From Eledone cirrhosa (Eukaryota), in assembly GCA_964016885.1 (NCBI GenBank), contig OZ024746.1, forward strand, positions 25,854,001 to 25,918,000: a stretch of 64,000 bases of DNA, read 5' to 3'. A program made the translations under genes and the position numbers. Of the stretch, positions 40,394-53,057 are shown piece by piece (within the stretch, counting starts at the first letter, position 1; each line of letters begins with the position of its first letter). The notes under the pieces are model-generated. The model ran no database searches. It worked only from the letters and a program-made list of their open reading frames with translations, and was not told the origin of the DNA.

Positions 40394-40397
<4 letters not shown>
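39630..40397. mobile_element. Tigger/pogo-like remnant with GC-rich insert
   Basis: Repeated ccgcgata motifs and terminus gatatagcgggggattactg. Confidence 0.5.
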
Positions 40398-40444
<47 letters not shown>

Positions 40445-40717
40445 CGGGTGATGTGTTGTTTCCTTGAACAAGACACTTTATTTCACATTGCTCCAGTTTA
40501 CTCAGCTGTAGAAATGAGATGGTAGGGACTGGGATCCCTATCATTCCACTGCAAAGTGGTCGTGGAGGTGCCACGGCAAAAAACCACCCAGCACTCACTG
40601 TAAATGAGGTTGGTGTTAGGAAGGGCATCCAGCTGTAGAAATCAACCCAGAATCAGTTCCCGTCCCACCCTTGCAAGCAGGGAAAAAGCGGACGTAAAAT
40701 GAAATGATGAATGATGA

Positions 40718-40721
<4 letters not shown>
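40445..40721 (+). mobile_element. SINE, 5'-truncated copy of the 10016-10354 family
   Basis: Near-identical reverse complement of 10016-10286. Confidence 0.85.
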
Positions 40722-40779
<58 letters not shown>

Positions 40780-40835
40780 CAAGAAAGGAAAGAAGTGTGA
40801 CATGGTTTGCTATACAATAAGGGCTTTATTCACAT

Positions 40836-40943
40836 TGCTGACAATTGTTTCTCTGAACTGGTAGGTCTAGAGATCGCTACCCGCCTATTTTTGCGTCAAT
40901 CGAACACCAATACTTTGTTATAACCAGTCAATTCATCAGAGCA
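40836..40943 (-). ncRNA. Type I hammerhead with ~80-nt stem II (inverted pLTR of Hydra-type PLE)
   Basis: tgct-CTGATGA-attgactggt...accagttcaga-GAAA-caattg-TC-agca; downstream aataaagccctt shared with 15910. Confidence 0.85.
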
Positions 40944-41129
40944 TGCGAGAATGAAGGGAATACACAGGCATGGTTTCTATATATAGTAGTGGCATTAAAT
41001 CAGAACAATACTAACAATACTACAATAAATTAGCTAGACCGTAAATAGTTAAAATAATCATAACATCAATCTAAGTAAGACAGAGTATACTGATGACTTT
41101 AACATGTAAAACGAGCTGATACGAAGCAA

Positions 41130-41712
41130 CCCCACATTTAACTTTAAGGATCACAAAAATAATTTTGAAGTAAATCCTCCTATCAGATTAATATGCCCAT
41201 CTAAGTCGGATATAAGTAAAATTAGCAAGAATATTCTAGATAGGGTAATCGCACAAATAAAGGGAAAATTAGAAATCAATTTATGGGGTAACACTAACGA
41301 GGCGATTGAATGGTTCAGTAAAATAAGAAATAGAGAAGCATGCGACTTCATACAATTCGATATAAACGATTACTACGCGTCCATATCCCCAGCCACCCTA
41401 GATAAAGCGCTTATATTTGCCCAAAATAACTCCGATATTACCCCTGATGAAATTGAAATAATACTAGCTGCTAGAAGGACTATCATAAAATTTGAAAATA
41501 GCTATTGGGTAAGAAAGGATAGGATAAACAGCTTCGATATCACAATGGGATCGAACGATTCAGCGCAAATCACTGACGTCGTGGGATTATTTATAGCTCA
41601 CAACATACATAAAGAATTCAGTAACCTCCAAGGAGGGATTTATAGAGATGACACGCTCCTTATAGCTAGGAACTTAAATAACCAGAGCATAGAAAGATTA
41701 AGAAAAAACATT
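41130..41712 (+). pseudogene. Penelope-like RT fragment (Hydra-type)
   Basis: RLICPSKSDISKISK, FIQFDINDYYASI, FDITMGSNDSAQI, GIYRDDTL. Confidence 0.85.
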
Positions 41713-41741
41713 TGTTGTTTCAAAATAAAAAACATTGTAGT

Positions 41742-41815
<74 letters not shown>

Positions 41816-42220
41816 TGTAATTAGGGGCTCTAACCCTAGTGCTATTAGATCGACTCTCCATATTTCTTTTCAATGGCTGACAATACCTTACCGGCGCCAC
41901 TCGAATAAGGTAGTTATTTAACCCATAAATGGAGCCCTAACTACTACTCAGAGCCAGTACAGACCTGGGAGTTATGACAACTAAGGGGTAACTCCACATT
42001 CCCCCACAACTCCTGAACTCCCGAACTGGAGCCTTGCCACTGGATGTAGTTTAATGTCATACCCAGGATATATATATAAATGAAAAGTATAGAAATTATT
42101 GTTCCCCCCTTCCTTTCCTTTTTTTCCCAATCTCATATATTCATCTTATTTTATTTTTCATATATTGATTTAACACTTCACTGCTCGCAAGTGTTTTTTA
42201 AGCTTCATATCATGTCTCCC

Positions 42221-42291
42221 TATTTTATCTGATGAGAACGCAAATATCATCCCATGATGATATTTGTTTTTGAAATGCGCATAATAAAATA
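42221..42291 (+). ncRNA. Type I hammerhead (tgcgca family)
   Basis: tattttat-CTGATGA-gaacgcaaatatcat..atgatatttgttttt-GAAA-tgcgca-TA-ataaaata. Confidence 0.9.
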
Positions 42292-42340
42292 CATGGAACT
42301 CTTTTAACCATCTTTTGATTTTATATATATATATATATAT

Positions 42341-42454
42341 ATTATGGAATACTGTTGGCTTCTTGCTACAATAATTTCTATACTTTTCATATATATATAT
42401 ATAAATGAAAAGTATAGAAATTATTGTAGCAAGAAGCCAACAGTATTCCATAAT
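42341..42454. repeat. 50-bp inverted repeat with TA spacer
   Basis: 42341-42390 / 42405-42454; further copies at 42079-42102 and 42586-42626. Confidence 0.85.
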
Positions 42455-42636
42455 ATATATATATATGAGAGTATTGAAGTTTGCTTGAAGCATTGTGGAA
42501 CAATAAGTAAATATTTATAAGTCGTTTGGAAGTCTCGACAATGCAAATGGGTAAATCTCCGGGTAACAGGTAATATATATATATATTATGGAATACTGTT
42601 GGCTTCTTGCTACAATAATTTCTATATATATATATA

Positions 42637-42991
42637 TATAAAGAAAAAGAGATGAAATCGAAAATGCAACTGGAGTCTTATTTTTAAAAAATATATCTAT
42701 ATTTATTTGGTTCTTTTACCGGTTTCGCAGTTCTTCTGCTTTTCAAAAGGTGAGTTGAGATGGAGGGTCTGTGGTTTTTCTCACATCTGTGAGAAAAATC
42801 ACAGACCCTCCATCTCAACTCACCTTTTGAAAAGCAGAAGAACTGCGAAACCGGTAAAGGAACCAAATAAATATATATATATTTTTTAAAAATAAGACTC
42901 CAGTTGCATTTTCGATTTCATCTCTTTTTCTTTATACTTTCACTCGTGTAGGACACCTCGGTTATTTTTCATTTTGTAAAAAAAACCTCAC

Positions 42992-42998
<7 letters not shown>
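42637..42998 (+). mobile_element. 300-bp fold-back cassette with variant hammerhead in each arm (42823-42860 +, 42713-42750 -)
   Basis: Palindrome 42637-42936; cctt-TTGAAAA-gcag-aagaa-ctgc-GAAA-ccgg-TA-aagg. Confidence 0.75.
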
Positions 42999-43037
<39 letters not shown>

Positions 43038-43067
43038 AAATCAAAAGATGGTTAAAAGAGTTCCATG

Positions 43068-43144
43068 TATTTTATTATGCTTATGCTCATTTCAAAAACA
43101 AATATCATCATGGGATGATATTTGCGTTCTCATCAGATAAAATA
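43068..43144 (-). ncRNA. Type I hammerhead (tgcgca family) with 6-nt expansion in stem III
   Basis: CTGATGA...GAAA-tgagcataagca-TA-ataaaata. Confidence 0.8.
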
Positions 43145-43553
43145 GGGAGACATGATATGAAGCTTAAAAAACACTTGCGAGCAGTGAAGTGTTAAATCAA
43201 CATATGAAAAATAAAATAAGATGAATATATGAGATTGGGAAAAAAAGGAAAGGAAGGGGGGGGGGGGGGAAGGAAAAGGTAAGGAAGAGGAAGAAAGAAT
43301 ATAATAAGAAAAAAAAATATAATCATAAGGAAAGGATGACGGAAGAGGATTATAAGAAGGAAGGATGAGAGAGGAGGAGAAAATGAGTGAGAGAGAGAGA
43401 GAGATAACCTTTAATACTGAGAAACACTGTCTCACAGAGAGAAATTATTTGCTTAATTCATTTTTTCATTGAGCCACACCGTGAAAGGTGGCCACACTCA
43501 TATATGTATCTGTGACTATGTCTAAATATATACATATATCCCTATGAATTCAT

Positions 43554-43587
<34 letters not shown>

Positions 43588-43838
43588 TAGAAACCTTTCC
43601 TATTTAGCAGGAAATATTCGCTACTCTCTCTCAACTACTATCTCTTTCTCTCTATCTTTCTATCTCACAATTTATGAAGGTACCCAGAAAATCCCGGGCT
43701 CCGATTTACGCGAAACTTTTTTTCTATTTGTATTCCCAATTCAGGAGCAACTTCCTTTCAAAGTATTTTCCAATTATGAGTAGTTTTGTCTGTATTATAT
43801 TACAGACAAGCACACAATCACAGTTTTATATATATGCA

Positions 43839-43916
<78 letters not shown>

Positions 43917-43970
43917 CACCACCACCATTACTTGCCCCTGAAATGGGAATACAGATGGAATAAAACAAGT

Positions 43971-43996
<26 letters not shown>

Positions 43997-44001
<5 letters not shown>

Positions 44002-44741
44002 CGAACATGCCAGACAACAACACAACGGTAACCTAGACAACATAGAAATTAGAATAATATCTAAACATAGAAATGACCCAGCAGATAGGCAATTCAGAGA
44101 GGCCAGTGAAATAGAACTTAGAAGGCCAAGGCTAAACAGAAAAAATGAATGGAATAACAACACCCAAACAAACAATACTGACCTAAGAGAAGTATAAATA
44201 AATAAATAAATAAATAGATAAATACAGACACAAGCACAATAACAACAAACACATATAAACACACACTAGTAAAGATAGAATACATTAACCAATACACAGT
44301 CACCCAAACACGAACACACATCAAACAAAACACTATACACACACACAAACGCATGCGCAAAGAAGACAAAAAAATAAATAAATATATAAACAGACTAAAT
44401 AAAGATGGCGTAGACATACAATGCAACGGGAGGAAACAATAGCACCACTGACGATGTTGCAGATGTGCAACGAAAGAACTTTGATAGACTATATATATGT
44501 GTTTGTGTCTATATTGTATCTGTATTTTGACCGTTGGTCAGTCAATGGCAACATTGAGGACCCAATAAAATAAAATTAACCGATATAAAAGACACAGAAG
44601 CGAAAACCAACCAAACAGTGAGTGTGTTCTGTTATTAATTCTGGCAATATTACACAAATATGACCCTCCCCAAGTATAACAATATTTGTTTCGACACACG
44701 ATTTCATATCAAAAGCCTCGCAAAACTAATTCATCGCCGTT
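43997..44741 (+). mobile_element. PLE 3' fragment: GIY-YIG C-terminus plus pLTR
   Basis: LYEHARQQHNGN..IEIRII.KH.NDPADRQFREASEIELRRPRLNRKNEW; hammerhead; TA on both sides. Confidence 0.75.
44443..44486 (+). ncRNA. Type I hammerhead, weak stem I
   Basis: CTGACGA-t-gttgca-gatg-tgcaac-GAAA-gaac-TT-tgat. Confidence 0.7.
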
Positions 44742-44871
44742 ATATATATATATATATATACTCCAGTTCCCCAGTGAATTAACAACCCAACAAGGAACTG
44801 GGCATATCAGAGTATTGACAATATCATACACCTAAACAACATATGTACTTGTCTATACCATACTAATTCAA

Positions 44872-44926
44872 ACTGCCTGAAGAGGTCACAGCCAAAGATG
44901 GCTGTCACTGAAATATATATATCAGT
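44872..44926 (+). ncRNA. Type I hammerhead
   Basis: actgc-CTGAAGA-ggtcacagcca-aaga-tggctgtcact-GAAA-tatata-TA-tcagt. Confidence 0.75.
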
Positions 44927-44970
44927 AATAAACGAAGCTAAATTTTAATTATTTGACTTTTATTTAACTT

Positions 44971-45073
<103 letters not shown>

Positions 45074-45177
45074 TATATATATTTGAGGACTAAATTCCAA
45101 AGAGGGCTTGATAAGGATAAATATATATCAAATATATAAGAACCGTAGAGCAAATATTTATTAAAATAACAGATTAA

Positions 45178-45228
45178 AGTTTAAGCAAAGAATCGCTGCT
45201 TTCACCCTTAACGGGATCTTCTGAAACT
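45178..45228 (-). ncRNA. Hammerhead, mutated core (CAGAAGA), in fold-back cassette 45081-45285
   Basis: Homologue of 37592-37642. Confidence 0.7.
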
Positions 45229-45341
45229 CCCGTTAAGGGTGAAAGCAGCAATTCTTTGCTTAAACTTTAATTTGTTATTTTAATATATATATATATAGTT
45301 ATAGGAATAACCAAAGAGTGCTTAGAAATACATTGTTTTAT

Positions 45342-45390
45342 TAACTAACAGTGTTTCATCCATACCCCATGGCAGGAATCATCAGAGCCT
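45342..45390 (-). ncRNA. Type I hammerhead
   Basis: ggct-CTGATGA-ttcctgccatggggtatggat-GAAA-cactg-TT-agtt. Confidence 0.75.
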
Positions 45391-45823
45391 ATAAACAAGA
45401 GTATATCAATAGTTGCATGCTCCATCGAGCTGCGTCACCAGAACAAGGTTAAAGGACCAGCAGGGGGATCCCGAAGCCAGCGCTATATGTAAAAAGACAG
45501 AATACAACTATAACGGCTCTGTAGTATACTAGTTATCCTACTTGAGTTAAAACCACGCTGTCATACCAAGGGCAATATATCTGCGTGTCTGGGCATATTG
45601 ATATATTTGTCAACGAAACTATATATATATAAGTGGTATTTAATTTGTTGGAAGTCCGACAAACATAAATGTTTATAACTGATTTAGAGCTCTCAACAAA
45701 TAACTGGAGTAAATATTCAATGATATTAAATAAAATCACTGGATCGTGACTATCCAGTGAATTTCCAACCGATAAGGTATGATTTTCATGGGTATGTCTC
45801 TATTTATAAAACAAACTTCGTAA

Positions 45824-45860
45824 TTTATCTGATGAAAGCGCTTGAAATATATATAATAAA
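45824..45860 (+). ncRNA. Minimal type I hammerhead (37 nt)
   Basis: tttat-CTGATGA-aagcgctt-GAAA-tatata-TA-ataaa. Confidence 0.75.
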
Positions 45861-46058
45861 ATAAATATGGTTTCATAAATATAGTTTCCATTTATTTAAT
45901 ATCATTGTATATATATATATATATATATATATGTAGGAGGTGAGTTTTATTGTAGTACAATAAAGCAATGCAGATATCGGATAAGTAGCACTCTACAGTT
46001 TGTAGGAGTGGAGTATAAATAATATATAAGATCAAAAGATGGTTAAAAGAGTTCCATG

Positions 46059-46129
46059 TATTTTATTATGCGCATTTCAAAAACGAATATCATCATGCAA
46101 TAACATTTGCGTTTTCGTCAGATAAAATA
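46059..46129 (-). ncRNA. Type I hammerhead (tgcgca family)
   Basis: tattttat-CTGACGA...GAAA-tgcgca-TA-ataaaata. Confidence 0.85.
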
Positions 46130-46374
46130 GGGAGACATGATATGAAGGTTAAAACACACTTGTGAATAGTGCACTATTCACAAGTGTGACCTTCATATCA
46201 TATCTCTTGCTCTGGAACCCTGACTTGGAGTAGGAAGCTGTCTTTCCCTGACGTTATCTCTAGGGATACGGGAATCAGTAGACAGGACCTGGGGGCGGCG
46301 ATGGGGCACAGGGAATTCTGGGGCATGAGAGTGAGATCCATCATCTCGACAGTAGTCGACGAATGATGATGATG

Positions 46375-46443
46375 ATTTTATCTGACGAAAACGCAAATGT
46401 TATTGCATGATGATATTTGTTTTTGAAATGCGCATAATAAAAT
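46375..46443 (+). ncRNA. Type I hammerhead (tgcgca family), mirror arm of 46059
   Basis: attttat-CTGACGA...GAAA-tgcgca-TA-ataaaat. Confidence 0.85.
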
Positions 46444-46474
46444 ACATGGAACTCTTTTAACCATCTTTTGATCT

Positions 46475-46607
<133 letters not shown>

Positions 46608-46609
46608 GT

Positions 46610-47146
46610 AGATAAATCTACCAAGAGTTTACGGTAGTGTCCAATCCGTATGAAGAACTCAATGTATTCCGGATATCATGGAAAGAAGAGATGTAATGAA
46701 AAATCACTTTCGGTGAAAGATAAACGGTATACAGAGTCAAGATAAAATATTAAACAAATAATGAATAAAACAATGAAACAGTTCCTTATATTAAACAAAA
46801 AAAGTTCACTATTTAACGATCGTTTCTAGGATATATATGTGTTAGAATTGGCATGCATATTCAATAGATCTATGTACAAAATTATACAAAATTATACAAA
46901 CTATCAAGATTAAATATACATACCAACACATATATACGCCGGAAGACGGCGTATATATGTGTTGGTATGTATATTTAATCTTGATAGTTTGTATAATTTT
47001 GTATAATTTTGTACATAGATCTATTGAATATGCATGCCAATTCTAACACATATATATCCTAGAAACGATCGTTAAATAGTGAAATTTTTTTGTTTAATAT
47101 AAGGAACTGTTTCATTGTTTTATTCATTATTTGTTTAATATTTTAT
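46610..47146. mobile_element. 400-bp fold-back cassette whose apex is a truncated hammerhead core
   Basis: Palindrome 46742-47146 with loop gaaga (46942-46946); ~115-nt stem II, then GAAA-cgatcg-TT-aaatag (47062-47079). Confidence 0.75.
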
Positions 47147-47216
47147 ATATGTATATATATATATATATAACTCCAGGTAGAATATATAGAACACACATAC
47201 ACACACACACATATAT

Positions 47217-47783
47217 AGGGGCGGTGGAAGCATTTCTGAATTGGAGGGGACCAAAGTTGGTCAATTTAGTTGTAGTGATTAGTTTAGCTTTTTGCACTCT
47301 AAAGTGGTCAGAAAACTTCGATATGCGATAAACATAACATTTACATAAATTGTAGCGCATATCCAAATAGAAATATTTTTATTCATAGTTGCACAAACAA
47401 CATTACAAATCGTTTGCAATTCCCTTCAGGATGAAAATATAAACAGAGCATATAAATAAATTTACAGTAGAATAACATAACTGTTTCTACTTTAGGCACA
47501 AGGCCAGCAATTACCCAGTGCATTACTGGTACTTTATTTTATCGACCCCGTAAGGATGAAAGGCAAAGTCAACCTCGGCGGGATTTGAACTCAGATCGTA
47601 AAGGGACGTAACATAACAAATATGTTTTAAATATATACATAAATAACATTATAAATGCTTCGGTAACACTATAAAGGATAATACAATGAAAGATCCAAAT
47701 AGATGTCTTGGTAGTTTTGGGAGAAAAATATAATTATGAGGGAGGGGGCACCCCCCGGCCTTCCCCAGTTCCACCCCCCCCCG
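47217..47783. mobile_element. hAT-like MITE with nested SINE
   Basis: Imperfect TIRs aggggcggtggaa / ttccacccccccc. Confidence 0.5.
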
Positions 47784-47854
47784 TATATATATATTCCAAT
47801 TTCCCTCTATATATAAATCACCACTTCACTCTCCCACTCTCTATATCTACCATA

Positions 47855-48040
47855 CAACTACTTGGCTGGTATGGGGATCAAGTCTATCCCACATCCTCCC
47901 TACTTTCCTGACTTAGCCGCATGCAACTTCTGGATGTTCCCGAAGCTGAATGAGAAGTTCAGGCGTATTCGCTTTGAGGATGTGAAGGAGACAAGGAGGC
48001 TGTGACAAGTGCCTTAGACAGCTTCACATTGGATGACTAT
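47855..48040 (+). pseudogene. mariner transposase remnant
   Basis: HPPYFPDLAACNFWMFPKL. Confidence 0.7.
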
Positions 48041-48058
48041 ATAGCGAGAGTACTGGGT

Positions 48059-48566
48059 TGTATGAATGTAACAAAACGAGACATGGTTTGTGTGTGTAAT
48101 ATTTAATTAACAATGGTAGATAGTATAGTTGACATGTCAAAGAAATAGATGAAAGAATGAAACAAAGTTAGTCGTTACCGTTTTGATTGCCAGGCAAACG
48201 CGGCTGGCAGAGGACGCCTGGCTAAGGCCAGGCGCCGGAAGGCAAATGAGAGGCTCTTGGCCTGGTGCCGAAAGGGCAATGAGAGAGTGAGAACTTAAAG
48301 TTGTTAGTTTTATAGGGTTCTGACCGGAAGTTACAGAAAGGGTTCTACTTCCTGTCTAGATGTTAATCCAAACAAGGGAGACAACCGCTACAACTACAAG
48401 GGGACCTTCCAGAAGTGGCTGGAACGCTACAAGTGCTATGAAGTTGAAGGATCCTACTTTGAGGGAGACTAGAGTTTTGTGTTGATCTGAGTTAAATAAA
48501 TGTATATCTGTCTATAAACACTATAGAGTTAACCGAGACTACGTAGATATTTGTATAAATTTACAC
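48059..48566 (-). mobile_element. Possible solo LTR
   Basis: TGTA...TACA ends; minus-strand cctataaaa and attaaa signals; no TSD found. Confidence 0.35.
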
Positions 48567-50211
48567 CTTTTTAATATCCGGTGGTATCGGTACCAGTCAA
48601 TTACTGAGGTTGATTTAATCAATTTTGCCTTTCTCCTAAATTTTCTGACCTTGTGTCTAAATTAGAAATTAATAAATATACATGTAAACATGTCAATCAT
48701 GCGTATTTCCTTGTATATTGACAAAGTAATAAATACTTTTAATCAATTTTCGAACGTCGTTGAGAAACCAACAAGGTTCGAAAATCGATTAAAGGTAACT
48801 CAATGTGAAACCTATTTTCACATTGATTTTCGTGTTATAAATTTGAGAGTCCTTGTGATGGAATTTATTTTGTATGCGTATGTGGTGGGGTGGGGGGTTA
48901 ACAACCATTTCTATTTATGAAAATAAAACTTCCTTAAACATAATAATTTGAATACAATTGTGTTTGGGACTAAATAAGTGTTGTACGTTCTTAATGCAAA
49001 AGACCGTTGACTACTGTGGGAGGGTAGGTGGTTGAATGGGAGTTATTAAGATGACGAGGGGCACTATCTTCTATCTTATAATTCATAATCATCAACATTA
49101 GCATGAGGAGTGAAAAAGCCAAAGTTATTTGATGTTTATGGTGCATCATCTCTTTGTTTAGGGTGAAGAATTACGGGGATTGCCGGTATTACCATTTTCA
49201 ATGTAAAACATCTATGAAGAATACCAGAAGTTGCCTGTGATCTTAAAACGAATGAAAACCGCTTTCCATATATGGTCATATTGATAACAGAATTTCTCCA
49301 AGTCAGAAACAAAGTGTCGCGATATTCCCACCATCCTTGATGGAGAAAGCTTTGCTTTCAAACAAACAACTTACTTAGCAGAAATAACATTTTAAAACAT
49401 TTAAATAGGATTTACCAAGGAAATATGTAAGTTGATAATAATTTTAAGTTCAAGCTATTTTTTATCTTCAAAATATTAAACAAGAAACGATATACTTGTC
49501 ACATAAAATAATGGGTAGCTTTAATCTTTCCAGCATAACTAAAGTTTGAAGAAACAAGAGCCCTATTTCAGGTTTGTTTCCTCATAACTTTCGTAGTGAT
49601 TATTTTTAAAGTGAAATTTTGCAGCTTACGATTATGTTGAAAATTTTAAATATATACCGCCTAGCCCACTTCGCAATTCCTAGTCCTCGTTGCCAGTGGC
49701 ACAGTTCCCCCAAATATCTCGAATACCACATGCTAAAGATAAAACAAAACGTTTACAGATAATTCACGATATTTCAGTAGTTCAGGGTTTCCTACACATT
49801 TTTAAATGCGGAACACTTTTTGGTTCAGAAACATTTGGGGGAACCCCAAAGTCTAATACTGTTATATGCTCGTAATATACTCCTCTATCTTTTTTCACGG
49901 AACTCTAGACATTCCTTCGCAGAACCATTGGGTTCCGTGGAACTCACTTTGGGAACCACTGCAGTAGTTTAGTCCAATCGGATAATGATGCAGTGTCCCC
50001 GCCTCACATTCGTCACTTCATCTAGGATGTGGTCAGGAACGGAAGAGTTCGCTGTATTTATTGTGTTTATATTTTCATTCTGAAAGAATTGCGAACAATT
50101 TGTAATGTTTAAGTAATCGATCACCATCAACAGACTATTGATTTCAAAACTGGCAACAAAAATCCATACAGTTATTTTCATTTATAGATAATAAATTTTT
50201 TACACACACAC

Positions 50212-50277
<66 letters not shown>

Positions 50278-50320
50278 GTACATACTCACATACACACACT
50301 CTCTCTCTCTCTAAATCCCA

Positions 50321-51530
50321 CACCGCAACAAAGGGCGCTGGAGTTTCCCTCTAATACATTTTGCGGCAAGCCAATATACTCGCAGCATTGCCGTGGGTTA
50401 TAGCGTGGCTAAGATGCTGGAATATCCAAGCACCCTCACTGTTATAACTCGATACATCGGTTAGGCGAACCACTAACAATGACAAGAACTTCGTTGTCAG
50501 TGGTCCAGCATCTCAAAAGTCATAGGATCCTGACAAAAATAGTGTGCCAATAATTCTTGGTATTTAAAATGTTTTATTTCGTTCGGCTACAGATGCAGTG
50601 ACCCTCATCTTTACCACATCTAGGATGTGGGAAGGAGCAAAAGAGTTGTTAATGATGGCACCCCAGATAAGACATCTACCTCTTACTCAAGGACAAAGGG
50701 TAAGACAATCTGGCCTTTTCCCAACATCCTTGGACAATCCCGGTTAGCTCCAGAATTGAGGTAATATTTACTAGAGCTAGAGTCCGCTTGATAATTAGGT
50801 CCAGCTCGGTATGGCAAGCAAAGCAACCTACATTCAGGCGCCAGACCAACCCACACATACATCAGCTCCAACTCTGTGTACAATGGAGATGCCGGGCTCA
50901 TCCAGACTGAGTAGGTCCCCGATGTTAGCCACAGGCAAAGTATCAACCCACTCATCCGAGAATTTAGCACTCACAGAAAATAGGCTGCATCTTGAGAATT
51001 GATCAGATTGATCAAAGAGAGTTGAAAGTGTTTTTCGGACGAAAATTGTCAGACTCTCTGCCTCAGTTTCTTCTGCTCTTCATCAGGAACTAACAAACCC
51101 AGCTCCATCCACTGGAGCAGAGCTTCATCCACCTCCATGCTGGAAAGAAGAGGATGTTACCTACTAGAGCCTAAATAAACATAAACTGCGAAATTTGTTT
51201 ACCTTACTCTCCAACTTTATGTTGTTGCTCATCTTGCTGAACTATGAGGTGATGCTGGTAAGGGGACTTGGTTATTGCAGTTCCCCAGCCACACTATCAC
51301 TCGGGTTTGCTGAAGTACTGAGCACCAGGTGATGCTCGTGAAAAGCACTTGGCTATTCCAGCACCTTAGCCACGCTATCATCGAGTCATACTGAAGTATC
51401 AGTTGATGCTCGATAATTCCCTTGGCTATTTCAGCATCTTAGCCTCGGCATCACCTACAGTAATGCCACGCCTTGCTTCGCTTGCCTCACAAATTATTAG
51501 AGGGAAACATCAACGTTCCCTGTTACTGTG
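50321..51530. mobile_element. DNA transposon with ~110-bp diverged CAC-starting TIRs, subterminal repeats and a nested insertion
   Basis: Left gtttccctctaata..gcggcaagc..ggctaagatgctg mirrors right cagcatcttagcc..gcttgcctc..tattagagggaaac. Confidence 0.65.
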
Positions 51531-52172
51531 TATAATTTAGTGCGTACGCCTTCTCTTAATTTCCCCCTTATTGCTTTTATAGAGAAAATAATCAGTTAAA
51601 TATGTTCAACAATGGTTGGTTTTGTGTTGGGTAGCTTTCTTTTCTTTCCAGTTTTATAAAAACTAACGTATCCACGAGAAACTTCTATTCAAAGAGAGGT
51701 TAGAGTCTTTTCAAGAAAATAAACAGGCACAACTATTGAGAGTATCGTATCTTAATTAAATATTAATGATGAGTGATAGCGGTCGATGAATTCCTACAGT
51801 TGTTATCCAGATATAAGTACCCAACACTAATCATGGTCATTTTAAATTAAAAATTACTAACATAAAGAATAAAATAACTTCTTTTGTGTTAACACAAAAG
51901 AACGTGTGTATGTGTAAAGGGCACGTGCGTGTGTGAAAGAGCATGAATGTGTAAAGGGTGTGTGTGAATGTGTAAAGGGGACGTACGTGTGTGAAAGAGC
52001 ATTTGTGTGCAAAGTGTGTTTTTGTGTAAGAACGCGTGTGTGTGTTTGTGAGTATGAACGTGTGTAAAGATCATGTATGTGTAAAGGGCGTGCGCATGTG
52101 TGTACAAATGAGATGTGCGCAAATGGCGTATGTGTGTGTGTGTGTGTGTGTGTGCAATGTATGTGTTAGGAC

Positions 52173-52203
<31 letters not shown>

Positions 52204-52534
52204 GGAGCAAACTTTTATGAAGTTGAATCAACCTGTTTCTTTTTTTTATCCGTCTCGGAAAAATGTAATTAAAAAAAAGAAAAGAAAAAAGCCCGTTGTT
52301 CAGAAACCTATAGCAAGAGAAGACGTCTGCAGTCTCTTAGGATTTAATCATTATACGAAAGATTTAATCATTATACTTATTAATGAATTTTAGTTGGAAA
52401 ATTGGTTAAAAACAAATAAATTTTCCCAAATACGATTAAAAAAAAAATGAAATGTGAAATGTAGTCGTCCCAACGTAAATGACAATAATAATAGTTGATT
52501 ATTAAATAATTGCAAAAAAATTGATTGGTTAAAG

Positions 52535-52710
52535 CAGTGGTTCCCAAAGAGGGTTCTGCAGAAACCAAGAGTTCTGCAAAGGAGTGTCTGGGGTTCTGTG
52601 AAAAAAGTAGAGAAGTATATTTATATTATGACTATATTAGACTTTGGGGTTGCCCCAAAAGTTTCTCAACCAAAAACGGTTCTGCGTTTGAAATAGTTTG
52701 GGAAACTCTG
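52535..52710. mobile_element. hAT (Charlie-like) MITE, degenerate
   Basis: cagtggttcccaaa / tttgggaaactctg; related inverted copy ends at 49961. Confidence 0.65.
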
Positions 52711-52997
52711 GGAGACAGGGGAAAAAGTGGACAAAGGCACCTTGCCTCTCTACCTGTTTATTTGTTTACAACTATTTATAATGCTCGACTATTAGAGTTA
52801 TCTGCTTTGGAGCAACAATATTTCAAGTTGCAAATTTTCCCAATACTTCTTAAATCAATCGAATGTTAACACTTATAGAAAAAAAAAAATGTTTTAATAT
52901 TGTTGTGGAAATAACAAGCAACCACCTCCTTGTTCAATAACAATAAGAAATATAAAAAAACCCAGAAGCAATGGGTTGTTAAAAATAGTAGATAATA

Positions 52998-53057
52998 TAG
53001 TGGTTAGGATTCCTGGCTTTCACCCAGGCAGCCTGGGTTCGATTCACAGCATGGGAA
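52998..53057 (+). pseudogene. 5'-truncated tRNA-Glu(TTC) pseudogene
   Basis: tagtggttaggattcctggctTTCacccaggcagcctgggttcgattcacagcatgggaa matches metazoan tRNA-Glu from the D arm onward; 5' acceptor strand missing. Confidence 0.85.

Noticed and set aside
52998-53057. Functional tRNA-Glu gene
   Set aside because: 5' acceptor strand absent and T stem mismatched; called a pseudogene
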